A stretch of DNA of 64,000 nucleotides from NCBI GenBank assembly GCA_051252375.1, contig JBPOFY010000002.1:128001-192000 (forward strand), written 5' to 3'. Under the pieces are notes generated by a model that did not search any database, was not told where the DNA came from, and was given only the letters and a program-made list of their open reading frames with translations. Shown here piece by piece: positions 50,831 through 64,000 of this stretch. The translations under genes and the position numbers were made by a program. Each line of letters begins with the position of its first letter. The first letter of the stretch is position 1. This DNA is from Opitutaceae bacterium (GTDB lineage: Bacteria; Verrucomicrobiota; Verrucomicrobiia; Opitutales; Coraliomargaritaceae).

Positions 50831-51754
50831 TCACTCGACCTTAAGATCAAAACGCCCAAAAACGGCTGCGCCGTTGATCTGAACTTGAGCAAACAATCGA
50901 TACCACCCGGGGTTCGGCACATTGAATAAAAAAGACAACCCGTTCACATCTTCGGTCAAGGCATCTTTAGCCTCTGCGATACTGTCCATAGGATGCATGT
51001 GGGCAAAGCCCTTACCCGCCCCGTCGAAGGCAACCATGTGACCCTTGGCATCCATTACCATCTCGAGTTCCACATTGCCTCCACCCGCCGCGCTGACTGC
51101 TAAGTCAAAGCGATAATCCTTCCCGCGCTTCAGCGTCTGCGGAACATTCTCTAATTGAAAATGCACACCATCGACAATCGATTCTGTCGATTTCGAAAAC
51201 TGAGGCTTACGCCCTTCTCCGGCGACTTCCAGTTCTGCCGTGGCAATGGCCTGCCGCCGACTCACCACTGGCACGACCTCGGCAAGCACGCGATAACGGC
51301 CAGACGCTTTCGGTGTGAAACTGAAGTTATAGCGCCCATCCAATCCTACAGCATCGGGATGCAAGTGGTGATAATCTTCAAATGACGGATCAATCACCAT
51401 GAGGTGCATCTTTTCCGTATGAGTAATCGCCAAATCGTGTGGCGCCATTGTCATACCGCCCGATGTCTCTAAAAATAAGTCAATTGAACGCGCCTCACCA
51501 ACAACCAAAGGCTGAGACTCCAAAGTCATTTCTACCGGATACTGCAAACGCGTGAGATCCAAGAACCCAGCATGGTTGGTCGCACACAGTTCAATCTCAC
51601 CATTCTCGTTGACGATCTCGACGTAGTGCAAAAAGCCACATTGCGCATCCGGCAAGGAACGCAGCACAAAAAACGCAGCACAAAAGACAATGCTGATTAC
51701 ACCCACGCTGATCCATGTGCGCTTCGTGTTTTTCTGTTCCTTAGATTCGACCAT
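50831..51754 (-). CDS. Exported His-rich putative metal-binding protein
   Basis: N-terminal TM; HTEKMHL, YHHLHP, GHMV and FAHMHP motifs in two repeated halves. Confidence 0.6.
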   Translation of the reverse strand: MVESKEQKNTKRTWISVGVISIVFCAAFFVLRSLPDAQCGFLHYVEIVNENGEIELCATNHAGFLDLTRLQYPVEMTLESQPLVVGEARSIDLFLETSGGMTMAPHDLAITHTEKMHLMVIDPSFEDYHHLHPDAVGLDGRYNFSFTPKASGRYRVLAEVVPVVSRRQAIATAELEVAGEGRKPQFSKSTESIVDGVHFQLENVPQTLKRGKDYRFDLAVSAAGGGNVELEMVMDAKGHMVAFDGAGKGFAHMHPMDSIAEAKDALTEDVNGLSFLFNVPNPGWYRLFAQVQINGAAVFGRFDLKVE

Positions 51755-51830
51755 AAAGTGCTATCAAGGTTCACGATACGCTCCCGATGACAACCTCATT
51801 TAGCGGAAAACCCGCGAAGGAATCGACAAT

Positions 51831-52682
51831 TTAAAGCTTCTTCGCTGCCTCAAGGAATTCCTTAGCGGTCCAAGTCGCGCCCTCTTTTCGATACGCCACA
51901 CGCCCCGTGGCATCCACGAGCAAGGTAGCCATTGTGTGATTGATCGTGCCGTCTTCTTCCATCGTCAAGATCCCGAACTGGCGCAAGAGATCCTCCACCA
52001 ACTCTCTAGTGCCGGTCAACATATGGAAATTCTCCAAATCAATCCCATAGCCGTCCGCGTATTGACGCAAAACACCAGGCGAGTCGAACTCAGGATCAAA
52101 AGTGATCGTAACAAAATGTAAATCATCCAAGCCCGCTTCACGTGCGCTGTCTTGGATCTCAGACATACGAGTCGTCGATGCCGGGCACATCGTCGGCACC
52201 GTGCAACGAGTGAAAATAAAATTCAGAACAAAGGCCTTACCCTGAAGCTCTCGTATCTGCAGGAAATTTCCGTTCTGATCGATCATCGCAAAGTTCGGAA
52301 TATATTCCCCCTGCTTCACATACTTGCGGCGACTCATCGTCCCGGTGGCTTTGTGCAAGCGCGAGTTCACATCCTTCATCGCCTTAGCACCTGCACCATC
52401 TACAGGAAAGACGCGCTCCAAATGCCAAAGCTTATTATAAAAAGCTGCATCCGCTCGTATCGTCCGACCAGTATAATCAATTTCAGCATCACCCAGCCCG
52501 ACCTTGAACTCTAGCGTCTCGCCTACTTTCAAGCTGTCATCCGCCGACTCAGTCAATGCCACACGGTAGATACGACTATCAGACAAACATTCAACCACAC
52601 GCCCTTGGACAGAAACCGCATCGGCAAAACCAATGGAAGTCAGGACGGGAACAATTAATGAAAATAGAATTATACGAAGCAT
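51831..52682 (-). CDS. SCO family copper-binding protein
   Basis: FIFTRCTVPTMCP, ITFDPEFDSP, INHTMAT. Confidence 0.88.
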   Translation of the reverse strand: MLRIILFSLIVPVLTSIGFADAVSVQGRVVECLSDSRIYRVALTESADDSLKVGETLEFKVGLGDAEIDYTGRTIRADAAFYNKLWHLERVFPVDGAGAKAMKDVNSRLHKATGTMSRRKYVKQGEYIPNFAMIDQNGNFLQIRELQGKAFVLNFIFTRCTVPTMCPASTTRMSEIQDSAREAGLDDLHFVTITFDPEFDSPGVLRQYADGYGIDLENFHMLTGTRELVEDLLRQFGILTMEEDGTINHTMATLLVDATGRVAYRKEGATWTAKEFLEAAKKL

Positions 52683-52759
52683 CGAATTAGGCTGAGACAA
52701 AAAGCTAAATGATCAACCTGCAAGTCACAGTTCCCATAACCCGGTCTTGTAGTAAAAGG

Positions 52760-53173
52760 CTATTTCTTAAAACGAAGCAGCAGTCCTAATGGTTCATGAC
52801 GATGGACGGCCAATACCACGGCAGAGCAAACCGTTACGACGAGCGACAACACAAACAACGTGCCACCATCGTCCTGCACAACAATACCGAGCACAGTTAA
52901 ATGTGAAGCAATGGCCCCCAACATGACTGAAATCGCTATAGCGGCCCCCGCCCAGCTCAACCGAGGAATCAACAGAAGAACCGCCGCGATCAACTCTGCC
53001 ACACCTGAGGCATAGCGACCAAACGGCTCCATCCCCACTTGCTCGAAGATGTAGATCGATTCAGGTGCGCCCGTGAATTTAAAAAATAGCGTCTGAAAGA
53101 GAATGATGGCTGCAGCAATTTGGCAGGCCCAGCTGATGCCAGTCGCGAGTTTGGATAATTTTGGTTGGTTCAT
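52760..53173 (-). CDS. DoxX family membrane protein
   Basis: QTLFFKFTGAPESIYIF, EPFGR, GAIASHL. Confidence 0.85.
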   Translation of the reverse strand: MNQPKLSKLATGISWACQIAAAIILFQTLFFKFTGAPESIYIFEQVGMEPFGRYASGVAELIAAVLLLIPRLSWAGAAIAISVMLGAIASHLTVLGIVVQDDGGTLFVLSLVVTVCSAVVLAVHRHEPLGLLLRFKK

Positions 53174-53445
53174 AGTAAAAAAGTAGTTAGAAGTCAGTAG
53201 TTAGTATATAGAGGCCCAGGTGTTAAGACCGACTGGATTCTCGCCGTTTTGGCGCAAGCCACGGCGACAGTAAGTCTTTCATGATGTATGCCTAACTTCT
53301 CAATTCTAGCTCCTAGCTCCTGTATTCAAGTTCATAGTATGTTTTGCTGTGTGACGACCTCACGTTCCTATTTATTCCATTAGATCACGAATTATTACGA
53401 AACCAACACGACGGCTGACAACGCGGTAATCATACGCGCACCACG

Positions 53446-53470
53446 GGTAGCGGCGGTCGTCCCGACCGCC
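53446..53470. repeat. GTAG-type REP (single copy)
   Basis: ggtagcggcggtcgtcccgaccgcc, identical to the copies at 57810 and 57883. Confidence 0.85.
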
Positions 53471-53512
53471 ACCACGTTGAATTCACCAAACAGACATGAC
53501 CGCTCACACCAC

Positions 53513-53543
53513 AAAAAAGCCCCGACCTTTCGGTCGGGGCTTT
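53513..53543 (-). terminator. Intrinsic terminator downstream of groL
   Basis: aaaaaagccccgacc-tttc-ggtcggggcttt. Confidence 0.9.
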
Positions 53544-53585
53544 GTATAATGTGTATTTGGTGTCGAACGGTGTAACCCTTGCGGA

Positions 53586-55238
<1,653 letters not shown>

Positions 55239-55280
55239 TTACTTTATTTCGTATTTATTTTTAAGAGTGAGAAACGTCGA

Positions 55281-55568
55281 TTAAGCAATCACACCAAGGA
55301 TGCTATCTTCGTCGATGAGGATATACTCAACGCCGTCCACCTTGACAGGTGTGCCGCCGTATTGAGGAAGGAGGACCCTGTCGCCCTTCTTGACATTGAA
55401 AGGGATCACTTTACCAGCGTCGTCTTTCTTGCCTGTGCCCAGTGCGACAACTTCTGCCTCCTGAGATTTTTCTTTAGCTGAATCAGGGATAATGATTCCG
55501 CCGCGGACTTGTTCATCTTCTTCAATGCGTTTCAAAAGAACGCGTTCACCGAGTGGTTTGATTTTCAT
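55281..55568 (-). CDS. groS: Co-chaperonin GroES
   Basis: [20 protein letters not shown]. Confidence 0.98.
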   Translation of the reverse strand: MKIKPLGERVLLKRIEEDEQVRGGIIIPDSAKEKSQEAEVVALGTGKKDDAGKVIPFNVKKGDRVLLPQYGGTPVKVDGVEYILIDEDSILGVIA

Positions 55569-55609
55569 ATATATTTCTATTTTTAGTTTGGAGATTTAGT
55601 GGTTAACAA

Positions 55610-55644
55610 AAGCCGCGCTCGGACATCGTATCCGGGCGCGGCTT
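55610..55644 (-). terminator. Stem-loop between dnaK and groS
   Basis: aagccgcgctcgga...tccgggcgcggctt, followed by TTTTGTT on the minus strand. Confidence 0.65.
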
Positions 55645-55652
55645 GTTAAAGT

Positions 55653-57599
<1,947 letters not shown>

Positions 57600-57610
57600 G
57601 CCAATTGCTT

Positions 57611-57626
57611 AGCATTCGCGATGCCA
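57611..57626 (-). promoter_or_regulatory. Putative sigma54 -24/-12 promoter of dnaK
   Basis: Minus strand TGGCATCGCGAATGCT (GG-N10-GC); IHF-like site at 57644-57656. Confidence 0.65.
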
Positions 57627-57809
57627 TCGCCAAATATAAAACATAAAGCATTGATAAATAGTTACTTAAAAATAAATCACCCCCACATGACCGAGTCAAT
57701 AGGAGGGAGATGTGCGCCAGTGTGTCACACCTAATGTCACAGTGCGCAGAGCCTGTCCCAGCTTTGTGTCACAGCTTACTGTTTAAGGGGCCGCTTTTAA
57801 AACAGAGCT

Positions 57810-57907
57810 GGTAGCGGCGGTCGTCCCGACCGCCATATGTGGGAGTAACAGGTAACCGCAGAATGGCTTACAACTCTGTGATGGCGGTCGGGACGACCGC
57901 CGCTACC
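57810..57907. repeat. Inverted pair of GTAG-type REPs (REPIN-like)
   Basis: ggtagcggcggtcgtcccgaccgcc at 57810-57834 and its reverse complement at 57883-57907. Confidence 0.88.
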
Positions 57908-57934
57908 TCACTGACTCCTGACTCCTAAAAGCCC

Positions 57935-59050
57935 CTACTCCACCATCGTGAAGTTCAGACCCAAGTCCTGTTCCAATCTTGAAATTTTGATGCGCTCGTT
58001 GGGTTCGATCAATGTGATGGATACGCCCTTCTTGCCAGCTCGTGCGGTGCGACCACTGCGGTGTGTGTAGTATTGCATCGCATCAGGCAATTGGTGCTGG
58101 ATGACAAAGGCCAAGCCTTCGACGTCGATTCCGCGGGCTGCCACGTCTGTGGCGATCAAATGCTGTATGCGCTCATTTCGAAAGCCGCGCATAATTTTAT
58201 CGCGATCACGCTGACTTAAGTCGCCCTGCAATACCGCAACGGAGAGCCCTTTCTTGCTCAGCTCTTGGCCCAAGCGCAAGGCCCCTGCCCGAGTTCTGGC
58301 AAAGATCAATCCGCGCTCACCCTCATGTGTTAATAAATACTTGGCGATGAAATCGTCTTTCTCTTCACGCGCACAGATTGCGTATTGATGATCAATATTG
58401 CGGTTCACCACTTCTTTCGCAGCCACCTTCACCGTGTGCGCCTTGGGCGACATGTTATTGTCGATCAAACCCTGCACACGCTTCTGAAACGTCGCCGAAA
58501 AGAGCCAAGTGCTTTTACGCGCTTTGGTTTCCTTAAAGATAGCTGCCAATTCCTGCTTAAAGCCCATGCTCAACATCTCATCGGCCTCATCGAGCACGAG
58601 ATATTTCACTGACTCCAACGAAAGCTGCTTGTCCAACAGGTCCATCAAGCGACCCGGCGTAGCGACCAGAATATGTGTCGGGCGTGAAAGACGCTCGATT
58701 TGCATCTCGATCTTGTCACCACCTGCAGCGACCTCGATAAAGATTTTATCGTTGGCGTATTTAGTAAATTTAAAGAGCTGCTTACCGATCTGCTTGGCGA
58801 GTTCACGGGTGGGCGCGATGATGAGCGCTTGAATCTCCTTCTTACTAGGATTCACCTTCGTGAGTAACGGCAAGCCAAACGCGGCGGTCTTCCCGGTGCC
58901 TGTTTGCGCTTGCGCAATGAGATCGCTGCCATCCTCGATCAAAAACGGAATCACCTGTTCTTGAATCGGAGTTGGAGACTGAATACCCAACTCTTCGATA
59001 CCAAGTATCAGATCTGAGGGAACGCCAAGCTGTTGAAATGTCTGTGCCAT
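57935..59050 (-). CDS. DEAD-box RNA helicase
   Basis: AQTGTGKT, PTRELA, DEAD, SAT, ARGID, HRSGRTAR. Confidence 0.95.
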   Translation of the reverse strand: MAQTFQQLGVPSDLILGIEELGIQSPTPIQEQVIPFLIEDGSDLIAQAQTGTGKTAAFGLPLLTKVNPSKKEIQALIIAPTRELAKQIGKQLFKFTKYANDKIFIEVAAGGDKIEMQIERLSRPTHILVATPGRLMDLLDKQLSLESVKYLVLDEADEMLSMGFKQELAAIFKETKARKSTWLFSATFQKRVQGLIDNNMSPKAHTVKVAAKEVVNRNIDHQYAICAREEKDDFIAKYLLTHEGERGLIFARTRAGALRLGQELSKKGLSVAVLQGDLSQRDRDKIMRGFRNERIQHLIATDVAARGIDVEGLAFVIQHQLPDAMQYYTHRSGRTARAGKKGVSITLIEPNERIKISRLEQDLGLNFTMVE

Positions 59051-59121
59051 AATCGGATACTTAACACAGACGAGTATGCAATACGACAACAAGAATCGTC
59101 CAAAAGACGAAACGCGCTCTA

Positions 59122-61029
59122 TTACGGAAGCGCTAAAGCTGGCACCACAGCCAATGCATCGGCTGAATATGGGTTCTGCCCATTCTTGTTGCCCAGTGCA
59201 TCCATCACTTCAGGGAAACTTTCGAGGAAATTGTTTTCGTCGATCAGATTGATAAAATAATGCGTCGTGCCCTCGGGTAGTTGAACCGTGAGCGTTTTAT
59301 TCGGTTTCACCTCGGTGGACTTCCGAAACCACTCTTCGTATTTATGCCCACCGTTGAGCGTATAAATCAAATTCGCGCGAAGCACTTTGGCACCATTCTC
59401 CTCCCAAGCGACTGTGACTCGATCACCAGACAGTTCATGCGAGACCACCTTGCAAACTTTCTCCTTGTTGGGGATCGGCCACTTACAGTCAGGATTATAG
59501 TAAGGGTAGCTGGCATCCATTTCAGTGAGAATCGTAGTCAACTGCTCATTCATCGCCGCGGCCTTCTCTGGCATTTTCTTAGCGAGATCGTTTGCTTCTT
59601 CGATATCAACACGCACCTGCTCACCATCGACCGTCTTGTATAACTCATAGAGTTCTAGCTCGGAGGTTCTAGGATTGTTCAAATGATCATAGTTTCGGAC
59701 CAACTTATATCCGCCGACACGAATCGTGCTTTCGAGCGCAATGCTATGCGGGAAATGCCAAACCATGGTGTCGCGTGGTGCGCCATCGGCATCCAAAACC
59801 AACTCAGAATTTCGAGGATCCTCCAACAGTAGCTTGGACAAGTCCGCGCCATCCAGATGCTTTTGCTGCGGCTTTTCGACGCCGGCCAGCGATAGAATCG
59901 TGGGATAAAAATCCAAGCCATTCACCAATACATCGGACTGCACATCGGCTGCAATCCCTGGACCGCGAATGATTAGCGGGACACGTGTGCCGCCTTCCAT
60001 CGCGGAAATTTTACCGCGATCCAAAGGATAGTTATCCGTAATAATTTCTCCAGGATGCCGCTCCATGCCGCCATTATCAGAAGTAAAGATCAGGTAAGTG
60101 TTCTCGCTAAGCATATGCCCGGGCCAGCGTGGATCTTCCGTCTCTTCCAAATACTTCAGCAATCGACCGATGTGGTAATCGAGTTCTTCGACCATCGCAC
60201 AGTAGAACGGATTGGTCTGCCCTTCCCCTTTCCACTCGTTTGGATTCTCTGGAAGTTCGACACCTAGTTTTTCGCAATACTTTTTCAGCAAGGCTTCGCT
60301 GCGCGTGTGGATCGGCGTGTGAACGAGCCAAGTCGCGTAATAGAGAAAGAACGGTTGCTCCGCATGTTCGCGGATAAACTGCATAGCGTCCTCACTGTTC
60401 TGATGATATGGAAAACCATTTTCGTCTAAACGATAGCGGTCACCTTCTTGATCGGTCGCAAAGCCCGTTAACCGATGTGGCCTCATACGCTGAGTCGTGC
60501 CGAGATTGTGGCGCGTCCAATCGAAGCCCTGATCCTCCGGTTGAGGATACGCATTGTGATTGATCGCCATGTGCCACTTACCGCAGTGCCCAGTGACATA
60601 ACCATTTTGCTGCAACACACGAGCCAAGGTCAGCTCGTTTTCTAGCATGCGCCCGCTATACCAAGGAGGCATCATTCGAAACTGTGTCTTATTGTATGGA
60701 GTTGGTGGACCACCACCTACAACATGAGTCTTTTGAGCCCGCGCCGGATGATTGCCACTCATGATCGCACAGCGAGTCGGCGCGCATGTTGGTGAAGGCG
60801 AATAGGCCTGCCAAAACATCACCCCTTGCTTAGCGAGACTGTCCATGTTTGGCGTTTCCATCGGCGACGGCTCGTCGATATCGTAACACTTCACATCCTG
60901 CCAACCGAGGTCATCGGTCAATAAGAGTATGACGTTCGGCTGGTTGGGGCGCGTCGCTTCAGCCGTTGCGGTGGATGCTGCCGCACACGCGAGCAACGCA
61001 ATCGAGAATTTAAAAGTGGTTCGTAGCAT
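59122..61029 (-). CDS. Sulfatase (S1, formylglycine-dependent)
   Basis: Signal peptide, PNVILLLTDDLG, CAPTR (CxPxR), GKWH, SDNG. Confidence 0.95.
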   Translation of the reverse strand: MLRTTFKFSIALLACAAASTATAEATRPNQPNVILLLTDDLGWQDVKCYDIDEPSPMETPNMDSLAKQGVMFWQAYSPSPTCAPTRCAIMSGNHPARAQKTHVVGGGPPTPYNKTQFRMMPPWYSGRMLENELTLARVLQQNGYVTGHCGKWHMAINHNAYPQPEDQGFDWTRHNLGTTQRMRPHRLTGFATDQEGDRYRLDENGFPYHQNSEDAMQFIREHAEQPFFLYYATWLVHTPIHTRSEALLKKYCEKLGVELPENPNEWKGEGQTNPFYCAMVEELDYHIGRLLKYLEETEDPRWPGHMLSENTYLIFTSDNGGMERHPGEIITDNYPLDRGKISAMEGGTRVPLIIRGPGIAADVQSDVLVNGLDFYPTILSLAGVEKPQQKHLDGADLSKLLLEDPRNSELVLDADGAPRDTMVWHFPHSIALESTIRVGGYKLVRNYDHLNNPRTSELELYELYKTVDGEQVRVDIEEANDLAKKMPEKAAAMNEQLTTILTEMDASYPYYNPDCKWPIPNKEKVCKVVSHELSGDRVTVAWEENGAKVLRANLIYTLNGGHKYEEWFRKSTEVKPNKTLTVQLPEGTTHYFINLIDENNFLESFPEVMDALGNKNGQNPYSADALAVVPALALP

Positions 61030-61190
61030 ACTTATTACAGATTCAGAATAGACCATAAGCGGGCTTAATCCCGTGCAGTTTAACTATGTTTGCAGATTGC
61101 CTTTCTAACAAGTCCATTGTTACTAATAGCATTAAAATTAGGTCTCTTTCAACTAGTCGGCAAACTGGCTAATCAGCCTCACCTAAATAA

Positions 61191-64000
61191 ATGTTTCACT
61201 CAAAAATCATTCTATGCCTTTGCTCCTTCTGGATATTGTGCAGCAGCTACGCCCAAGAGCCCTCAACCGAGGCAGTCGATGGCACCGCAACCAGCGTCAG
61301 CACCGCATCCAACCCACCCCTACTGGATGCTCGCGATTACTCTTATGCATACTGGTTGAATGGTTTCCGCAAAAACACAGACGACCACTCTGCCGATGTG
61401 CTTTGCTTTGAAACGGGACACTTTGGTTTCGCCTTGGACTTAGCCAATCTACCACAGGCACGCTTCGGTCAGTCGAATAATACACAGCGAGGCTATCTCG
61501 GCGGTCTCAACAATACGACCAGTCAGATCGCACAATTAGCGCCCGCAGAGTTATTGATTCAACTAGGCAGCTCCAAACGAGTCTTTACCGCGCAGCGCAG
61601 TGTCACCGGACCCCGCAATGTGGCACGCCGTCTACAGGACAACCGGATGTGGGAATCCGGGCGCTACATGCAGCACTACGATATGCAGCACATCATCCTC
61701 GAAGATGATGCCGGCAACAGCATAAGCTGCGATGCACGCCTCAATATCGCGGCATGGCCGAAGTCGCTGACTTTAACAGCAACTATCACCCCCGAGTTAC
61801 CCTTTATGAATGGACCGACCATCGGCTTGGTTGGAAATGGTCACAACGTAGTCGATGCACCCCTCGAAATCAGTCCGCCAGAAAACATCGATTCTGAAAC
61901 TTTCACTTTAGAGTGTTGGGTCAAGGTGCCACGTAATGCATCTAGGTCCAATCAAGGTGCGCTTCTCAGTATGAACGGCAGCGATACCGATGACGGTCAT
62001 ATCGGCTTTTCGATCCGCAATGATCGTATCGACGCCTCGATGAATATCGGCGGTAACCACAGGAATCGCAAAACCTTGCGAGAGCAAAAACACAGATTAT
62101 TCAAACTCGATGAATGGTGCCACCTCGTCGTCAGTTACGATGGTCAAACCATGCACTTCTATGTCAACGGACACTTGGAAAGTAGCCAAGTAATCGGCAA
62201 AGCGCGCAGACCCGGACTAGGCACCTTCAAACTCGGTGGCAGCACCTATGCGACCTTTGATCAGATACGCTTCTGGAACCGCGCCTTGAGCCTAGATGAG
62301 ATCGAAGACCACCAAGCGAAACCAGCCGAACTCGCCACAAGCAACGGGCTCAACTTCGAAAAGACCTTCGATGCACCAAGCGACCCGGCACCACTACAAT
62401 ATCTTTGGCAAGATGTGAGCATGCGCATGCAATTGAAGACCCAAGGTCAAACTTGGGAAGTGCGTGCCCCCAGTGTCGAAACATGGGAGATGGGCGTCAC
62501 ACGAGAGCTCACACTCAACTGCCAAGTTGTCCCAGATGAAGTCTCCGACAAACAACCGGAAATCGCGCTCACAACTGCCGACGGTAAAAACGTGCCTGTC
62601 ACCTTTGAAGAAAACCTCAACACTCACGTCGCCGAAGTCAAAAAACTGAAACGCACATGGAAGACCGGCTACACCGACATTCGCAACTACGACGAGTTTA
62701 CTGTGACGGTCAATAATACCGACGACAACAAACGCAGCGTCCCCTTCATGCTCTACCTCCGCGACGTGGCAAACATCACTGGGCTCTGCCCCATGCTGTG
62801 CGATGCAGACGGCAAACCCACCGGCATCCCCGTGCAACTCAGCAAAAACTGGCACTACGGAAAACTCGGTTCCTACCTACGCGCCTACACCCTGCTCCCC
62901 GCCGAACCGGGCAAGACCGAATACACCTTACGCATCGCCTACGGTTTCTATGGCACCCTGCCCTCCGCGTCCCATGCACAACTCTCCCTCGTCGGTTACG
63001 GCGGCAATGGTCGCTGGGATCAACTCGCCATCGGCTGCTGGGGCGAAACGATTTGCTTCGATGTGGACCGCAGTTGCGTCGATGTCGGCATCACTGATGT
63101 GCGCATGCTCATGGCACGCACAGGTGCCAATGGCAAAAAGTGGAATTGGACCGATGCCGGTTGGGGCGGCGACTGGCTACAAGTATCGGATGCATCCGGT
63201 CAGCGCCACCATCCCGCCGAATTCAAAACCGCCTACCTCGCGCATGGTCCTTGCCTCACCGACGTGCGCTATGATGGCAAATATGGTGCCGCCCGCGAAG
63301 TCGATGTCTCTGCCAAAGTGCAGACCCTGCGCACTGATGACTACGTCCGCACCTTTCAGAAGTTCCGTTACACCTTCGACCAAGAAGTCTCCACTAAGGG
63401 TGCATGGCTCTTCAAGTTGGGTCGCACCAGCAACTATGCCGTCCCCACCATCGCCTACGGCAACGCCGAAGGTCTGATCGCGAATAAGGACGTGCCCAGT
63501 AGCCTCAAAAAAGGTGAGGACTTCATCGACCAGACCACCATCGAGGGTAAGGCGCCTTGGTGGTTCAGCTTCCCAGGTGCCTACAAAAACCCAGCAGATG
63601 AAAAAGGCCCCGGCTATCGCGCACTAGTCATCCGCGGCTATAAGGCCACGCTCAGCGGGAAGGAATACAACAATCCCACGATCTCTGTCCCCGTGTATCA
63701 AGTCCTCCGCGACGGCGCCATCAACCTCGACTTACTCCTCACCGCCCCCAAAGGAGTCGAAGCCTTCATGCCTGGCGATACCATCGAAATGGATCTCGAA
63801 TGGATCACGCTACACAGCGAAGCAGACGACTACTACGGTCCCAACGAAACCTACCGCCAACACCTAACAGAAAACCCGAGCTCCTGGAAGACCACCTACC
63901 GCGAAGCCATCGGCAATGATCTCAAGGTCCATGTCACCGGCGGTCAGTTGATCAACCGCTACCCCATCGAGATACAGGCTCAACCCGGACAAGAAATCCG
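61191..64000 (+). CDS. Large secreted protein with LamG/concanavalin-like domain (3' truncated by window edge)
   Basis: Absent from the ORF track because it has no stop in the window. Manual translation from ATG 61191 gives MFHSKIILCLCSFWILCSSYAQE (signal peptide), then FTLECWVK...WCHLVVSYDG...FYVNG...FDQIRFWNRALS. Confidence 0.8.
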   Translation, partial: MFHSKIILCLCSFWILCSSYAQEPSTEAVDGTATSVSTASNPPLLDARDYSYAYWLNGFRKNTDDHSADVLCFETGHFGFALDLANLPQARFGQSNNTQRGYLGGLNNTTSQIAQLAPAELLIQLGSSKRVFTAQRSVTGPRNVARRLQDNRMWESGRYMQHYDMQHIILEDDAGNSISCDARLNIAAWPKSLTLTATITPELPFMNGPTIGLVGNGHNVVDAPLEISPPENIDSETFTLECWVKVPRNASRSNQGALLSMNGSDTDDGHIGFSIRNDRIDASMNIGGNHRNRKTLREQKHRLFKLDEWCHLVVSYDGQTMHFYVNGHLESSQVIGKARRPGLGTFKLGGSTYATFDQIRFWNRALSLDEIEDHQAKPAELATSNGLNFEKTFDAPSDPAPLQYLWQDVSMRMQLKTQGQTWEVRAPSVETWEMGVTRELTLNCQVVPDEVSDKQPEIALTTADGKNVPVTFEENLNTHVAEVKKLKRTWKTGYTDIRNYDEFTVTVNNTDDNKRSVPFMLYLRDVANITGLCPMLCDADGKPTGIPVQLSKNWHYGKLGSYLRAYTLLPAEPGKTEYTLRIAYGFYGTLPSASHAQLSLVGYGGNGRWDQLAIGCWGETICFDVDRSCVDVGITDVRMLMARTGANGKKWNWTDAGWGGDWLQVSDASGQRHHPAEFKTAYLAHGPCLTDVRYDGKYGAAREVDVSAKVQTLRTDDYVRTFQKFRYTFDQEVSTKGAWLFKLGRTSNYAVPTIAYGNAEGLIANKDVPSSLKKGEDFIDQTTIEGKAPWWFSFPGAYKNPADEKGPGYRALVIRGYKATLSGKEYNNPTISVPVYQVLRDGAINLDLLLTAPKGVEAFMPGDTIEMDLEWITLHSEADDYYGPNETYRQHLTENPSSWKTTYREAIGNDLKVHVTGGQLINRYPIEIQAQPGQEI

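Noticed and set aside
57609..57635. CIRCE element upstream of dnaK
   Set aside because: TTAGCATTC resembles one half-site, but the second half is absent at the 9-bp spacing.

Overview
The window looks like chromosomal DNA from a Verrucomicrobiota (Opitutae/Coraliomargarita-like) bacterium; this is inferred from gene content only. Positions 1 to ~39.7 kb are the right-hand part of a large integrated accessory element ending at an orphan 3' half of tRNA-Lys(CTT), just upstream of tRNA-Thr. The element carries a dense defence island: SNF2-like helicase plus type III R-M (Mod/Res), an HNH nuclease, DUF2130, an AT-rich four-gene Lamassu/ABC-three-component-like operon, Wadjet jetABCD, an SBD-HNH nuclease, McrBC and an EEP nuclease. 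After that come a four-cassette integron-like array with no integrase in the window and a small phage/satellite-like module (divergent ribbon-helix-helix genes, replication initiator). The rest is core genome: tRNA-Thr, tRNA-Arg, antiporter, leuS, lpxI, pilin-like genes, SCO, DoxX, dnaK-groES-groEL, DEAD-box helicase, sulfatase and a large LamG-domain ORF running off the end. The best novelty candidates are (1) the Lamassu-like operon, whose trypsin-like effector is translationally coupled to a calcineurin-like metallophosphoesterase, and (2) integron cassettes with a non-canonical G|AT / ATC core instead of G|TT / AAC. All family assignments come from motif recognition by eye; no database search was run.
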